A stretch of DNA of 64,000 nt from Tubulanus polymorphus (lineage: Eukaryota; Animalia; Nemertea), in NCBI RefSeq assembly GCF_964204645.1, contig NC_134032.1, positions 744,001 through 808,000 on the forward strand. The letters are read 5' to 3'. A program made the translations under genes and the position numbers. Positions 12,849 to 25,800 of this stretch are shown here, one piece after another; within the stretch, counting starts at the first letter, position 1; every line of letters begins with the position of its first letter. The notes under the pieces were generated by a model that ran no database searches, was not told where the DNA came from, and saw only the letters and a list, made by a program, of their open reading frames with translations.

Positions 12849-15800
12849 ATGGCGACAAGCAGTTCGTATCGGTTTGAATTCTCTGTAACGTTTAAAGGGC
12901 GAAAAGTGAAAGTTTATTCAGATGAACAGAATGAGAACAGAACCGTCAAAAACTATTTCTATCATCCGCTGTGTGATTTACAAACTGATCAGATAACAGT
13001 TGACTGTAATGTGTTGTATCTGCCGGTTACGATGTGGAGTGAAGAATTAGAGAACGTTATTGAACAGAAACTAAAAACTAGTGATACTGAACAACAAATT
13101 TCTGTACAGATGATGCTGTTTGATGAGGTAAGAATCTCATAATGATGCAGGATAGTAATAGAGAGCACTATTCTACTCAAATATTTTACTACCCTTTCAT
13201 TTATTTTAGAATAGCTAACTATTCCACTATTCTAATATTCTACTCAATTTGATTTATTGCGACACTTCAAGTTTTTAGATGACTTTTCCTATATTCTACT
13301 CAACTTTTCTACTTTAATTTGGGGTTTAGAGGATATGGTTTTAAACCCGGGTTGGGAGGATATATGGTTTACAGACTTAAACTTGAGGGTAAGGTTTTAG
13401 ATGTGTTTAGGGTTTAAAGATGCATAGAGCTTCGGGTTAGGATTTACAGTTACGTAGGGTCAATAGAGTTAGGATTTAGGGGGTTGGTGTTTAGAGGAAA
13501 GGATATATAGGGTTATGGTTCAGATGAGGGTTAGAGTTAAAAGGGTAAGGATTAGAAGATAAGCGTGTGGTTGGTTCGGGTTTAGAGGGCTGGTTTAGAG
13601 GATTACCTTGGCTTTAGAATAGTAAAATAGTAGAATAGTATCATAGCTATCACGATCGTAACGATCGTTAGAATAGTGATCATGAGTAATAGGGAAAGTG
13701 TTGTTTCATACCAGAGGTCGAGCTCGCAAAAGCTCACTCACCCTCTCAACCTCTGATATGAAACAACACTTTCCCTATTACTCCTAATAATTTCATAAAC
13801 ATGAACATTATTTTTATGAATTTCATTGATTTCGAATAAAAAGATATGTAAAATAGATGGACAATTAAAAGAATATAAAAACGAACGAGTAATTAATGAT
13901 TCTTGATTTTTAAACATAAAAGTGTGAGTAAAGTGTGAGAAATAATTCATATTCTAACATTGAATATTTATATTTGAATGAGTTAGATTCATTTTAATAA
14001 AAATTTTGTTATAAAAATGAAAAAAGATTAAGAAGAACCAAAATTCAAAATCGAAATCAAAGAAACTAATCACTTATACTACTTTGAAATAGTTATAGTA
14101 ATTTGAAATATCTTATTTTGAATTACTCATACAGCTTAATCTTTTTTCAATATTAAATCATTATTCTTTCCATAATTGATGTGTTTGATTGTCTGATAAT
14201 GTTTTGATTTATGTGATTTTAAATATTTGCCATCATCTAAATTACATTGAATACCAATATCTTTAAAAGAATTATTATTAAATGATTCACATTGGATTTC
14301 AGTATTTGATGAATTTTCATTATAGATGATTTGTTAATTATCAAAATTAAAATAATATAATTGTCGTTTTTCAAATTCTTTAGTTTATTATATCATTGTA
14401 ATCTTTAGAAAGTATCAAATCATCGTTTCTTTCATTAAAAGGGGTTTCAAGAATATCTATAATTTTTTCATCTAAATTACCTTTACAATTTAAAACTGTA
14501 TTGAATATTTTAGGATTTTTGATTCCATTATCTTAAGTATCTATGAGTTCAGTAATTAAATATGTTTCTTTTGATAATATTTGATTATTTATAGTAATAT
14601 TATCTATTTTATATTGTCTTCCATACACTAAATTTGTTGCTGTTTAACAGTGAAAATAAGTTATTAGTTTCTTTGATTTCAATTTTGAATTTCGGTTCTT
14701 CTTAATCTTTCTTCATTTTTATAACAAAATTTTTATTAAAATGAATTTAACTCATTCAAAATATTATCAGACAATCAAACACATCAATTATGGAAAGAAT
14801 AATAATTCTATATTGAAAAAAGATTTAAAGCTGTATGAGTAATTCAAAATAAGATATTTCAAATTACTATAACTATTTCAAAGTAGTATAAGTGATTAGT
14901 TTCTTTGATTTCGATTTTGAATTTTGGTTCTTCTTAATCTTTTTTCATTTTTTTAACAAAATTTTTATCAAAATGAATCTAACTCATTCAAATATAAATA
15001 TTCAATGTTGAAATATGAATTATTTCTCACACTTTACTCACACTTTTATGTTTAAAAATCAAGAATCATTAATTACTCGTTAGTTTTTATATTCTTTTAA
15101 TTGTCCATCTATTTTACATATTTTTTTATTCGAAATCAATGAAATTCATATTAATAATGTTGATTTTTATGAAATTATTAGGAGTAATAGGGAAAGTGTT
15201 GTTTCATATCAGAGGTTGAGAGGGTGAGTGAGCCTAGTGGAGCTCGACCTCTCGACCTCTGGTATGAAACAACACTTTCCCTATTACTATCATGGACATA
15301 ATAAAAATCATAGAATATTAAGATAGTTAAGTTATTTTAAATCCTACCATTTTGGTACAGTAGAATGGTTGAACAAAGTTTTGGATAGCGATAGAAAGAA
15401 ACCTTTTACCGGTACAGAAATGTATTAAAGAATAGTTTGAATAGTTGTGCGTCATTTTCATCTTCAGTTTCATCATCATCACCCACGTGTGATACTAGAC
15501 AGGTGACCGCTGCGAAGTGAGAATCAAATAGAAATGTCGTTTTCTATTTCAGGTGAAATTAGAATGGAGAGCAGCGCCCCCTGGTGTTGAGATACCGGAT
15601 CACGGCATCCCGTTCAATCATCAACCGCAGAATCAAGTTTTCATCGTGAAATGTAAAGATGACAAAACGGCTGAAAACTACAAATCAGGCCTCGAACAGT
15701 TTCAGCAATCGATACTTGCGGGTCTTAATGTTATCGGTTTTGGTCAAGACGGGACACAAACACGGTATAAAATGAATACAGGAATATCGGGCTCTGCTAC

Positions 15801-18738
15801 TGTTACTCGACAACAACTTGTAATACTGGAAGCAAGACTGAACAAACGCATTGATGATGTCATAGGCAGAAACAATAGCGTTAAGGCGTCAATTGATGAC
15901 CTCAAAGGGAGAATTGAAAAAATGGAAAGATCTTATGATGATGTTATTGATTCATTGGTGCCCCGTAAACAGGTTCAGATAGACTTCACACCACACCTAG
16001 TGACGTCATTACCCGGTGAACAGGCGGGTATTATATATGCGCAGTGGTACTGCAATGAAGATTCGTTTATACATTACAGGAATGATAATTCAGTAAACAT
16101 GACATACATAAAGTGTGATTGTGAAGAGATACAAGGACTCGCTACTGATAGTGACGGGTTTCTGTTTGTGGTCGTGAAGAAAAACAGTGAATTCATCCTG
16201 AGAAAATATAAAGATGATGAAAAACTGTTTGAAGAAGAAATCACTGATATCCTGCCTGGAGGCTGTGAAACCCTCATAATCCGTGATCGCAATATCTATG
16301 TTCATACAGGAAGAGACGTTCAGGTTTTATGTTTACTAGAAAACCCTGAAAACAGTTTAATCGATAGATGCCGAGTGAAGAAATATCAGCTCCCGGGTGG
16401 AGATAACTATTCCATCAACTGTTTAGATGTCGATTCAAAGGGACGCATGTTTCTTTACTGTCACATGACTCACAGATTACTTTTTCTAACATCAGAAGCA
16501 GAACTGATCAGTTGTATCAATACGAAGGATTGCGATGAACTAGAATTTGATCCATGCGAGGGATTTCCGTGTGTGATTAGTAATAAACATGTATTACTAT
16601 CAGTATGCTCAGTGACTGATAACAGAGGAACTGTGATTAGTATCAGATATGATGATGATGGGTTTATAGATCCCCCCGGGCGTATAGTACTCAACTCTAC
16701 AGACAGTATGACGTATCAGATACATCACGTGTTTGACAGTGACGCTGTAGTTATCCATCACCGTGATATCAGTAATAAACAGCAATCTCTGAGATTTTAC
16801 AATATAAACACTGTATTCGATCTGAGGGCTATGACAAAAGAAGTCATCGGGAGAGTTCATGAAGTGGAGAGATCTACTGATGACGTCATAGGGAGAGTTG
16901 ATAAAGTGGAGAAGTCTACTGGTGACGTCATAGGGAGAGTTGATGAAGCGGAGAAGTCTACTGGTGACGTCATAGGGAGAGTTGATAAAGTGGAGAAGTC
17001 TACTGGTGACGTCATAGTTAGAGTTGATGAAGTGGAGAAGTCTACTGGTGACGTCATAGGGAGAGTTGATGAAGTGGAGAAGTCTACTGGTGACGTCATA
17101 GTTAGAGTTGATGAAGTGGAGAGATCTACTGGTGACGTCATAGGGAGAGTTGATAGAGTGGAGAGATCTACTGGTGACGTCATAGGGAGAGTTGATAGAG
17201 TGGAGAGATCTACTGTTGACGTCATAGGGAGAGTTGATGAAGTGGAGAGATCTACTGTTGACGTCATAGGGAGAGTTGATAAAGTGGAGAGATCTACTGT
17301 TGACGTCCTAGGGAGAGTTGATAAAGTGGAGAAGTCTACTGGTGACGTCATCGGGAGAGTTGATAAAGTGGAGAAGTCTACTGGTGACGTCATCGGGAGA
17401 GTTGATAAAGTGGAGAAGTCTACTGGTGACGTCATCGGGAGAGTTGATAAAGTGGAGAAGTCTACTGGTGACGTCATAGGGAGAGTTGATGAAGGGGAGA
17501 GATTTACTGATGACGTCATAGGGAGAGTTGATAAAGTGGAGAAGTCTACTGGTGACGTCATCGGGAGAGTTGATAAAGTGGAGAAGTCTACTGGTGACGT
17601 CATAGGGAGAGTTGATAAAGTGGAGAAGTCTACTGGTGACGTCATAGGGAGAGTTGATAAAGTGGAGAAGTCTACTGGTGACGTCATAAGGAGAGTTGAC
17701 AAAGTGGAGAAGTCTACTGGTGACGTCATAGGGAGAGTTGATAAAGTGGAGAAGTCTACTGGTGACGTCATAGGGAGAGTTGATGAAGTGGAGAAGTCTA
17801 CTGGTGACGTCATAGGGAGAATTGATAACGTAGAGATTTCTACTGGTGTAATCGATTCATTGAAGTTCAATAAACAGTTAGATACAGACTTCAGACCCCA
17901 CCTGGTGACGTCAATACCCGGTGAACACGAGGGTGAACAGTCACGTGTTATATGTGCGCACTGGGGCTCCACTGATTATATATATAGTATGAATGACGAT
18001 AATGAGATGAAGAGATACATAAAGATTGATGGTTGGATACAAGGACTCGCTGCTGATGGTAACGGGTTTCTGTTTGTGGTCGTGTGGAAAAACAGTGAAT
18101 CCATCCTGAGAAAATATAAAAATGAGATAAAACTCTTCGAAGAAAATATCACTGATCTCCTGTCTGTAGGCTGTGGATCCTTCGTAATCCGTGATTACAT
18201 TATGTATATACAGACAGGAGATAGTAACATTCATGTTTTACCTTTACGAGAAAACCCTGTAAACAAATTGATTGATAGAAACCGAGTGAAGAAATATCAG
18301 CTTCCGGGTGGAGATTACAAATATATCAACAGTTTAAATGTCGACACGCGGGGACGGATATTTGTTTACTGCTCGCGGACGCGTCGATTATTGTATCTAA
18401 CAGCAGAAGCGGAACAGATAAGTTTTATCAATATGAAGGATTTCGGACTAACATTTGATCCGCTTGTGGGATCCCCGTGTGTCATTAGTGATAGACATGT
18501 ATTACTATCTGTACGCTCTAATACTGGTAACAGAGGTGCTGTTATTAGTATCAGATATAATGATGTGGGGTTTATAGATCACCCGCGTATAATACTGAAC
18601 TCTACAGACAGTAGGACATTTAACATACATCACGTGTTTAACAGTAACGCTGTAGTTATCCATCACTGGGATTACAGTGATAAACAGAACTCATTGAGAT
18701 TTTACAATATAAACACTGAATTTACTCTTCCGATTTAG
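12849..18738 (+). CDS. Uncharacterised ~1154-aa protein: N-terminal domain, coiled coil, beta-propeller-like (NHL/6-blade-like) domain, ~24 x 14-aa coiled-coil repeat, second beta-propeller-like domain. Exons 12849-13127 and 15553-18738
   Basis: ATG at 12849 downstream of TATATAAA (~12774); GAG|gtaag donor at 13127 (phase 0) and tttcag|GTG acceptor at 15553 join in frame; internal duplication (IQGLATDSDGFLFVVV / IQGLAADGNGFLFVVV; LDVDSKGRMFLY / LNVDTRGRIFVY) resembles NHL blades. Fold call is inference. Confidence 0.75.
13320..13620 (+). repeat. Degenerate G/T-rich telomere-like (TTAGGG/TTTAGG) low-complexity tract
   Basis: Many imperfect GGGTTTAG/GGGTTAG motifs. Confidence 0.55.
13685..15288. 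mobile_element. 1.6-kb AT-rich foldback element, non-autonomous Polinton/Maverick-like; 6-bp TSD ATCATG
   Basis: Termini AGTAATAGGGAAAGTG...CACTTTCCCTATTACT; ~520-bp inverted arms (13685-~14207 vs ~14755-15288); ATCATG at 13679-13684 and 15289-15294. Confidence 0.75.
16843..17850 (+). repeat. 42-bp coding tandem repeat (VIGRVDKVEKSTGD, ~24 units; two heptads per unit)
   Basis: Visible in DNA and ORF translation. Confidence 0.95.
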
Positions 18739-19020
18739 AACCGAAGTCTAAACCGGTTCTAGGGTTCCAGAACCGCGTGTATAGAATGAATGCTACTCGT
18801 GAATATTGCTTGGATATAGAGGGCGCTGCAGGCGCTGATAATTGATCTGATTATTGTATCTATATAAACTGTAACCGGTCTGTAATGAGAACTATATATC
18901 CGCTAAGCGACAGCTATCAACGTGAACCCAGAACCCCCATCTTGCTGACTTTCTTTTAGTTCGATTCATTCAATATCAATACATCACGTAATTAGCCGAG
19001 AAGATACACAATATCCGTGT

Positions 19021-19222
19021 ATGATGATGACGAGAGAAATCCCACAATAACGAAGCCAAGATTGAAAAATTCTATATCAGAATTTGACGGTACGCCTGAT
19101 GATGGCTTCGCCTGATGATGGCTAACAGTTAGCCGAAACGTCGCTCCTCAAATATAATCATTCTGATATAGAATTTTTCAATCTTGGCTTCGTTATTGTG
19201 GGATTTCTCTCGTCATCATCAT
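19021..19222 (+). ncRNA. Penelope-like inverted-repeat unit with minimal hammerhead core at 19112-19142
   Basis: CTGATGA-T-GGCTAA-cag-TTAGCC-GAAAC-GTC flanked by ~65-bp inverted repeats (19021-19087 / 19158-19222); stem I weak. Confidence 0.65.
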
Positions 19223-20438
19223 AATAATTGGAATAACTAATGGACTTCTACAATGTTCAATTGACAAAAATTAAGAGAAACACGGCTGATATTGCATACA
19301 AGGGGAGGGGTTCACTAAATGAATTAGCCCAATGTGGAAATACCGTAGAAAGTTGTGTTTTAAGAAACTAATTCAAACAAGTTCAAGTTGTTTTTTTTAA
19401 TTGTCGTGAAGTCTTTAACCGTTTCAGAGCTCTGACTACATAAATATCCTAAAGTGCTGGAGATGATTTGATAATTTTGAATTCTTTTTTATCAATCAAC
19501 ATTTCACTACGCATTCTCTTAAATCCTTGGACCGTTTGCAAAGACAACTGATTTTTAGTACATTTTTTGGCTAGACTAGTCAGTCGAATGCTAACCGAAA
19601 ATATTTATCGGAAGTGTCTAATATGTGAGGTAGGGGGGGGGGGGGGTTCAGGGTTCATATTTTTTGAAAAATTTGTAAATTTTACTATACCTTAATATTC
19701 ATTCTCCAAGTGTTTAAAATTATCATCATCAAATCAAGTTCACATTTTTAGGAAAATATTAATCTCAGTCACATGTTGGCCTAAATTCTAACTTTATATA
19801 TATCCATTATCCGAGTATTTTATCAGCTTACCGAATTAAGCGCACTGATTACAATTTGTAGAATACAATATATGAAACATTGAATTATCATTATGATTTA
19901 GCATTAGATGCATTTTGGACCAAGCTTATTAGCGCATCGTGTGTCGCCAATCATTTTGTTCCATTTCGAAAAACAGAAAATTAACCTTCTTTAGTTTTTC
20001 TGCCTGAAAGTGCATGTATTGTATTATCAACGATGCTTTTTGTCTCTATTGGTCCAAATGTAAATATGTTGTATAAAAACAATTTGATCTCCGATTATGT
20101 ACTTCGATTTCTACAAACAATTCTGTAAACTGAACCGCTGATCACACAACTATATTTGTACTTCGATTTCTGATTTCAAAATCAAACCGCCTGTTTCGCT
20201 CCCGGCAGGTGTGGTGGGTTTGTAAGGGACACTCAATCAAAAAAAAAATTTACCAACCAAAACAGGGTCAATCCCTATTTTATGATAAAATTAAATGATC
20301 CTATAACAACTACGTATCAAATTGAGCTCCGTTGTTTTTTGTTGTTGTCTGAAAGTGAATGGTTGCTTATTTATGATCATGACTTCAGGATGCCTCTAAA
20401 ATTCATCTAGGATCTTTCAAAAACCACATTGTTGTCCA

Positions 20439-21053
20439 GGACCCAGTTCCACAGTTGTGACTAAGAGTTAACTCTGAGTTAAAGTTAGTTCATTTTCAAT
20501 GAGTTAACTCAGAGTTGAATCTTAACTCGGAACTGTGGAACTGGACCCTGGGATCATAGGTCCTACTTTGATAAACCAACCACAGTCGATTAGATGTACT
20601 GCCGGCAGTCCGAGACCTACAAATAGTGTGAACTTTCCTTATTAGACTCACAACTGTGGAACTGGATCCTGATTTCAGAGTCAACTCTAACTCACTGTGG
20701 AAGTGGATCCTGATTTCAGAGTTAACTCTAACTCACAACTGTGGAACTGGATCCTGAGTTCAGAGTTAACTCTAACTCACAACTGTGGAACTGGATCCAG
20801 AGTTTACAGTTAACTCTAACTCACAACTGTGGAACTGGATCCTGAGTTCAGAGTTAATTCTAACTCACAACTGTAGAACTGGATCCTGAGTTCAGAGTTA
20901 ACTCTAACTCACAACTGTGAAACTGGATCCTGATTTCAGAGTTAACTCTAACTCACAACTGTGGAACTGGATCCTGAGTTCACAGTTAACTCTGACTCAC
21001 AACTGTGGAACTGGATCCTGAGTTCAGAGTTAACTCTAACTTACAACTCACAA
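20439..21053. repeat. MITE (GGACCCAGTTCCACAGTTGTGA...CTGTGGAACTGGACCC) followed by its derived 44-bp satellite; also 27495-27840, 52857-52966, 55418-55528, 639-720
   Basis: TIRs and tandem units GTGGAACTGGATCCTGAGTTCAGAGTTAACTCTAACTCACAACT. Confidence 0.9.
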
Positions 21054-22504
21054 GTTCAGAGTGAAATTCTAAATTCAAACCAAGAAGAAGAAATAAAAAA
21101 GACAATATTTCGTAAATATAGAATCGTGGTTTTTATTTCATTGACTAGCACCTGATGACATTTATTAACTAAATACAAATTAGAATCGAATTCTAAAACA
21201 GTTATATTTACAAACCGCAACAGACAGCGCTGTATCAACAGAATTGTTTAAAACATTCGAAAAATTGCGACGCCTTTTTAGGAGTTCAGGCCAAACTCGT
21301 ATAGGACAGTGGGATAAAAGGATCCCCACGGATCTGTCGTTCTCGGATATAAGGAGTTTTCAAGGAGTTTTAAAGGAGAAAATTTCATATTTCGTAGAAG
21401 CGTCTGCATCACTTTCATATCTCAATTACAGTAGACTCCTCCTTAATCCTAATTTCGGGAATTTTCAAATGAGAGGAGTTTCAAGCAATTCACGTTTGAA
21501 ACGGCTTAGATTAAGAACCACCTTTAAGCCCAGTCAAGCCCAGATATAGTGCCATTAGTGACTAAGGATTTCAGTGGCATTATAAGTTATATTGTTTATG
21601 ACTAGTTTAAAGACAAAATACAGGGCCCGGTTTTAAAGAATAGAATTAACTTTAACCTGGGGGCTAACTCAATTCATTTTCAATCGTTTCTACCCCCCCC
21701 CCCCCGGGCATTTCTCGGATGAAGCAGCTGTGTCAAATCCCTAGCGCGGTCCTCCAACTAGGGTTAGATATATTTCTAAAGAAATCCACCCTAAGAGCAG
21801 TAATTTCCGAAACTGGATGAATGTCTAATTAACAGGTTTTAATGATTTCTGTCCAGACGAAAAGGGAACTCAATAGGGGCCACCTGAATGGGAAGATAGG
21901 CAGGGTCTGGATCACCCCCATAATCCACCCCTGGTTTCGCGTTCATCGGGCGCCAGTATATATCGGAGGTTTACTGCATGTCTTAATCAGGATTGAGCAA
22001 CTGTTAAACAGGGTTCAGGTTAAAACCCTTTAAGTTTTCATCACGGTATTAAAACTATCTAATACAATAATCAGTAATCATGCGATGCATTTTTTCTTCG
22101 TGCGTTTTTTTTTTGGTTGTTTCTTTATATTAAAATCTTTGCGTCTTTTATCACAGAATCAAATATATAAAAATCCGATTTAAAACGAACTCGGTTATAA
22201 TTCTATTTTTCTCGTAGAACAGCTTTGAAATAAACTCGATTTTACTTGGAAAATGTAATACTTTGGGGACTTAATCATCCCGAGTTGTTCGCACAGAGTT
22301 CACACGGGTTTCCCAATTTCATTTTCCATGACTTTTTCACGCCCAGATTTAGATTTTCCATACCGCTAAGTAACAGATCGCGCCAACCTTAAGTACAGGC
22401 GACTTAGGCCCATTCACAGTGAATAAGCGCCAATTATCAATACATGCACCATCGACAAAGTGTTTTCATAAAGTTTGTTAACAAATGCTTACCTAAACGA
22501 AAAT

Positions 22505-22680
22505 GATACCTTGTTTCTCCGCAGCGGCCGGGTCATTTTTGTAAACAGTTCATTTCTATAGCGGCCGGGTCTGTTATGGTAAAATTGATCACAATTTTTA
22601 AAAAAAGAGTAATGTATAGGGTAGATAGGCGGCCGGCCGGGTCAACATTTATGCTCAGCAGAGCGGAGAAACAAGGTATC
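22505..22680. mobile_element. MITE with 18-bp TIR GATACCTTGTTTCTCCGC; partial copies at 3107-3230, 12135-12390, 41010-41200
   Basis: Perfect TIR pair and shared internal sequence. Confidence 0.75.
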
Positions 22681-22879
22681 AATCTTTTTAGCCTTAGTAA
22701 TATATTCAGGAAAATTCGATTTCGAGACCATTTTCTGAGTTTCCAAAGTCGTAGGAAAAATCACAACATTTCCATAGCTCGGAAAAAAAATGTCCCGATT
22801 TTAAAAAACTGTCTAAGACTTCGCAAAACCCGTAAGAACTCTGTAATCACAATAATTATCTATTTACCCGTTGAAAGGG

Positions 22880-25800
22880 TTAATCGTATTTATTCACATA
22901 TTCCGAGTCCTCGGTCGGTAAAGGTTGGTAGACGGCGCCACCTACACCTTGTATCGTGTCGAGTCGACTCCTGTTGTGACGTTCGCGGTCCTCGTCGCTG
23001 TTCCAGTATTGAGTCTCTCCGCTGCCGAATATCACGTAGAATAAAGCCCCGAACGCGTAGATACCGGCCGCTATATAGAATACGATCTGCCATTGACCAC
23101 GAGTTTGCTGTGAATATATAAAACATAGAATTAGGTTCAATTTATAGCTCATAACCTGCGACCCGTCTGGCAATCTGCAGCCTGGAACCTGCACCCGTTC
23201 AGATTATCTGCAGCCTGTAACCTGCACCCCGTCTGACAATCTGCAGCCTGTAACCTGCACCCCGTCTGACAATCTGCAGCCTGTAACCTGCACCCCTTCA
23301 GACAATCTGCAGCCTGTAACCTGCACCCCTTCAGACAATCTGCAGCCTGGAACCTGCACCCCTTCAGGCATGTAACTTTGCAGTGCGAAGTTAGACGGTT
23401 GTGTAGGTTTCCACAGAAATGTGGCTTTAATTTGACTCTGACCCAGTTCTACAGTTGTGTGGGTTTAATTTAGCCCAATTCCACAGTAGTGTGGGTTTAA
23501 TTTGACTCTGGATCCAGTTCCACATTGCATTGATATCCCATATATCCCCGGAGCTAGTGTGGCCAGTTTGTTTACATCAGGTGACCAGCCAAGAGATAGT
23601 GTGCTTGAGGTCGCTGCATATATCAGATGACCAGCTGCAGCCAATCAGAAGCTAGGGTTAGGGTCAGTGGTCATGTGCTTGGGGCTATTTGCATATATCA
23701 CGTGACAAGCTCCAGCCAATCAGAAGCTAGGGTTAGGGTTAGTGGTCATGTGCTTGGGGCTATTTGCATATATCAGGTGACCAGCTCCAGCCAATCAGAA
23801 GCTAGGGTTAGGGTTAGTGGTCATGTGCTTGGGGCTATTTACATATATCAGGTGACCAGCTCCAGCCAATCAGAAGCTAGGGTTAGGGTTAGCTGTTTCT
23901 AGGTGGGAGGAGGTGTATGTTTACATACAGTGACATCAGTTCATTGACAGCTCCCCCTATAGTTAGTCAATTATACATCTACAATTGACTGTGAATTGAT
24001 TTTTACAGTTGTGTGTTATATTGACATAGAATACATTTCTGTAAGCATTATTACATCTGGCTATGGATTCAATTCTACAGTTGTATGAAGTCATTTCTAT
24101 AAAGATAACAATATCTGTTATAAGGCATTTAATAGATTGACTTGACTATTGGTTTGACTATGAATTTGAAATAAGAAGCGCGTTGATAAAGTATCAAATG
24201 TTTAAGGAGGAGGGGAGGGGGTGTTAACAGGCCGAGGAGGTACAAGATGCTGTCGGCAGGTAACACAATACTTACGTCATCATTAGTGAGTAACCCAACC
24301 ACGTACGGGCCGACCATCCCGGGTATAGTAGCAAAACTATTACTGATACCCATTAGCGTTCCTGTAAAACAAAATCATCGAATTCATTTCAAGCAACAAT
24401 CTTCATATTAGTTGTCGAATAAACACTATAATCCGTGTATACTGTAAATAAATGAAGAAATCCCACACTTCGAATTTAAAATCATATGATCAAATTTATT
24501 ATTATGAAACCACAACGTTTCGGCTGTTGACTAACATCATTCCACCTGATGATGGCTTCCACCTGATGATGGCTGTTAGTCAACAGCCGAAACGTTGTGG
24601 TTTCGTAATAATAAATTTCATCATATAATTTTAAATTCGAAGTGTGGGATTTCTTCATTAATCTTCATATTATCAATTAATTCCAATAAATATTATCTCA
24701 ATTCAACTTACCTCATTAGGCTTTTTAAAGTTATTCTTTTTCATTTGAGATATATTTTCTTTGATTTATATATTATTTTTCATTGAAATAATCGATGAAT
24801 TGTTTTTTTACACAATAGATAATTACGATATCTTTAATCTATTCGATCGCTATCTTAAATATGTTTCAATCCAGGGTTTGTAGCAGTCGGACTGAGTGAA
24901 AAGTGTCACAGCACTTTATCGGGAATCCAAAGAATCTAGACAATTTTCTAAATCTAGGCACAGTTGAATTCACACATTACGACAAAATAGACCGCGATAA
25001 AACTTGTCGCTATAAATTTCCTTTGATGACATCGGGTCCAAAATGTACAAGCACTTTTCAGCAGATTTTAGGGATATTACCTGAATGTTTAGCCCTAATC
25101 AGGGCCTCTCCTAATACATTGCAAAACGAAGCACTTTTCAGACTCAGTCGAATTAGCTACAAACCCCGTCAATCAGTTTTTATACATTAAAACGTAATTA
25201 AAACAGATAAATGATTGATTATGTTTTAGCATGCGAGGGAGTTGCAGTATATAGAAGCACGGTGAAGGAAAGACAAACAGTGAGTGTAACAACAGACAAA
25301 ACCTTCTATCATTTTCAATCCAAAACTCCCGGGTTCATTTCATATGTCTTTACCCTTTCGGTGTGGTGTATAAATCAGCGATTGCCTTTTGATGTAGTTA
25401 GGCATTAGTTTTCATCTCGATTGTTAGTCCCATTAAGTGCATCTACACCTCAGTGCAGTGTATAAATTGGTGATGGATTTTTCTAGTACACCGCATCGTG
25501 GTGTATTGATATAATTAGGAACTTTATAGCTAATGAGAGATGGCAGCACCTTAGTGAAACTTAGTGAAATATTCGTAACTAACGATACACCGCACCGCAG
25601 TGTAGACGCACTGTGGTATGCCCGTTATACACCGTACTAAAGTGGAATTTTTAGTAATTTTCAAATTATCTCCAGCACTTTCGGATTATAAATGTGTCCG
25701 CAGTGAAAGGGTTAGTAGTATTTGTTATAGTAGACTCTAACTCTCTGAGACCCCGAACTAAGATTGTCAATTCATAAAAATCTTTAGCAAGTTCACGGTA

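Noticed and set aside
16857-17972. 371-aa mucin-like antisense ORF; likewise 8384-9385 and 1340-2107
   Set aside because: Shadow frames of repetitive/biased sense-strand coding sequence.
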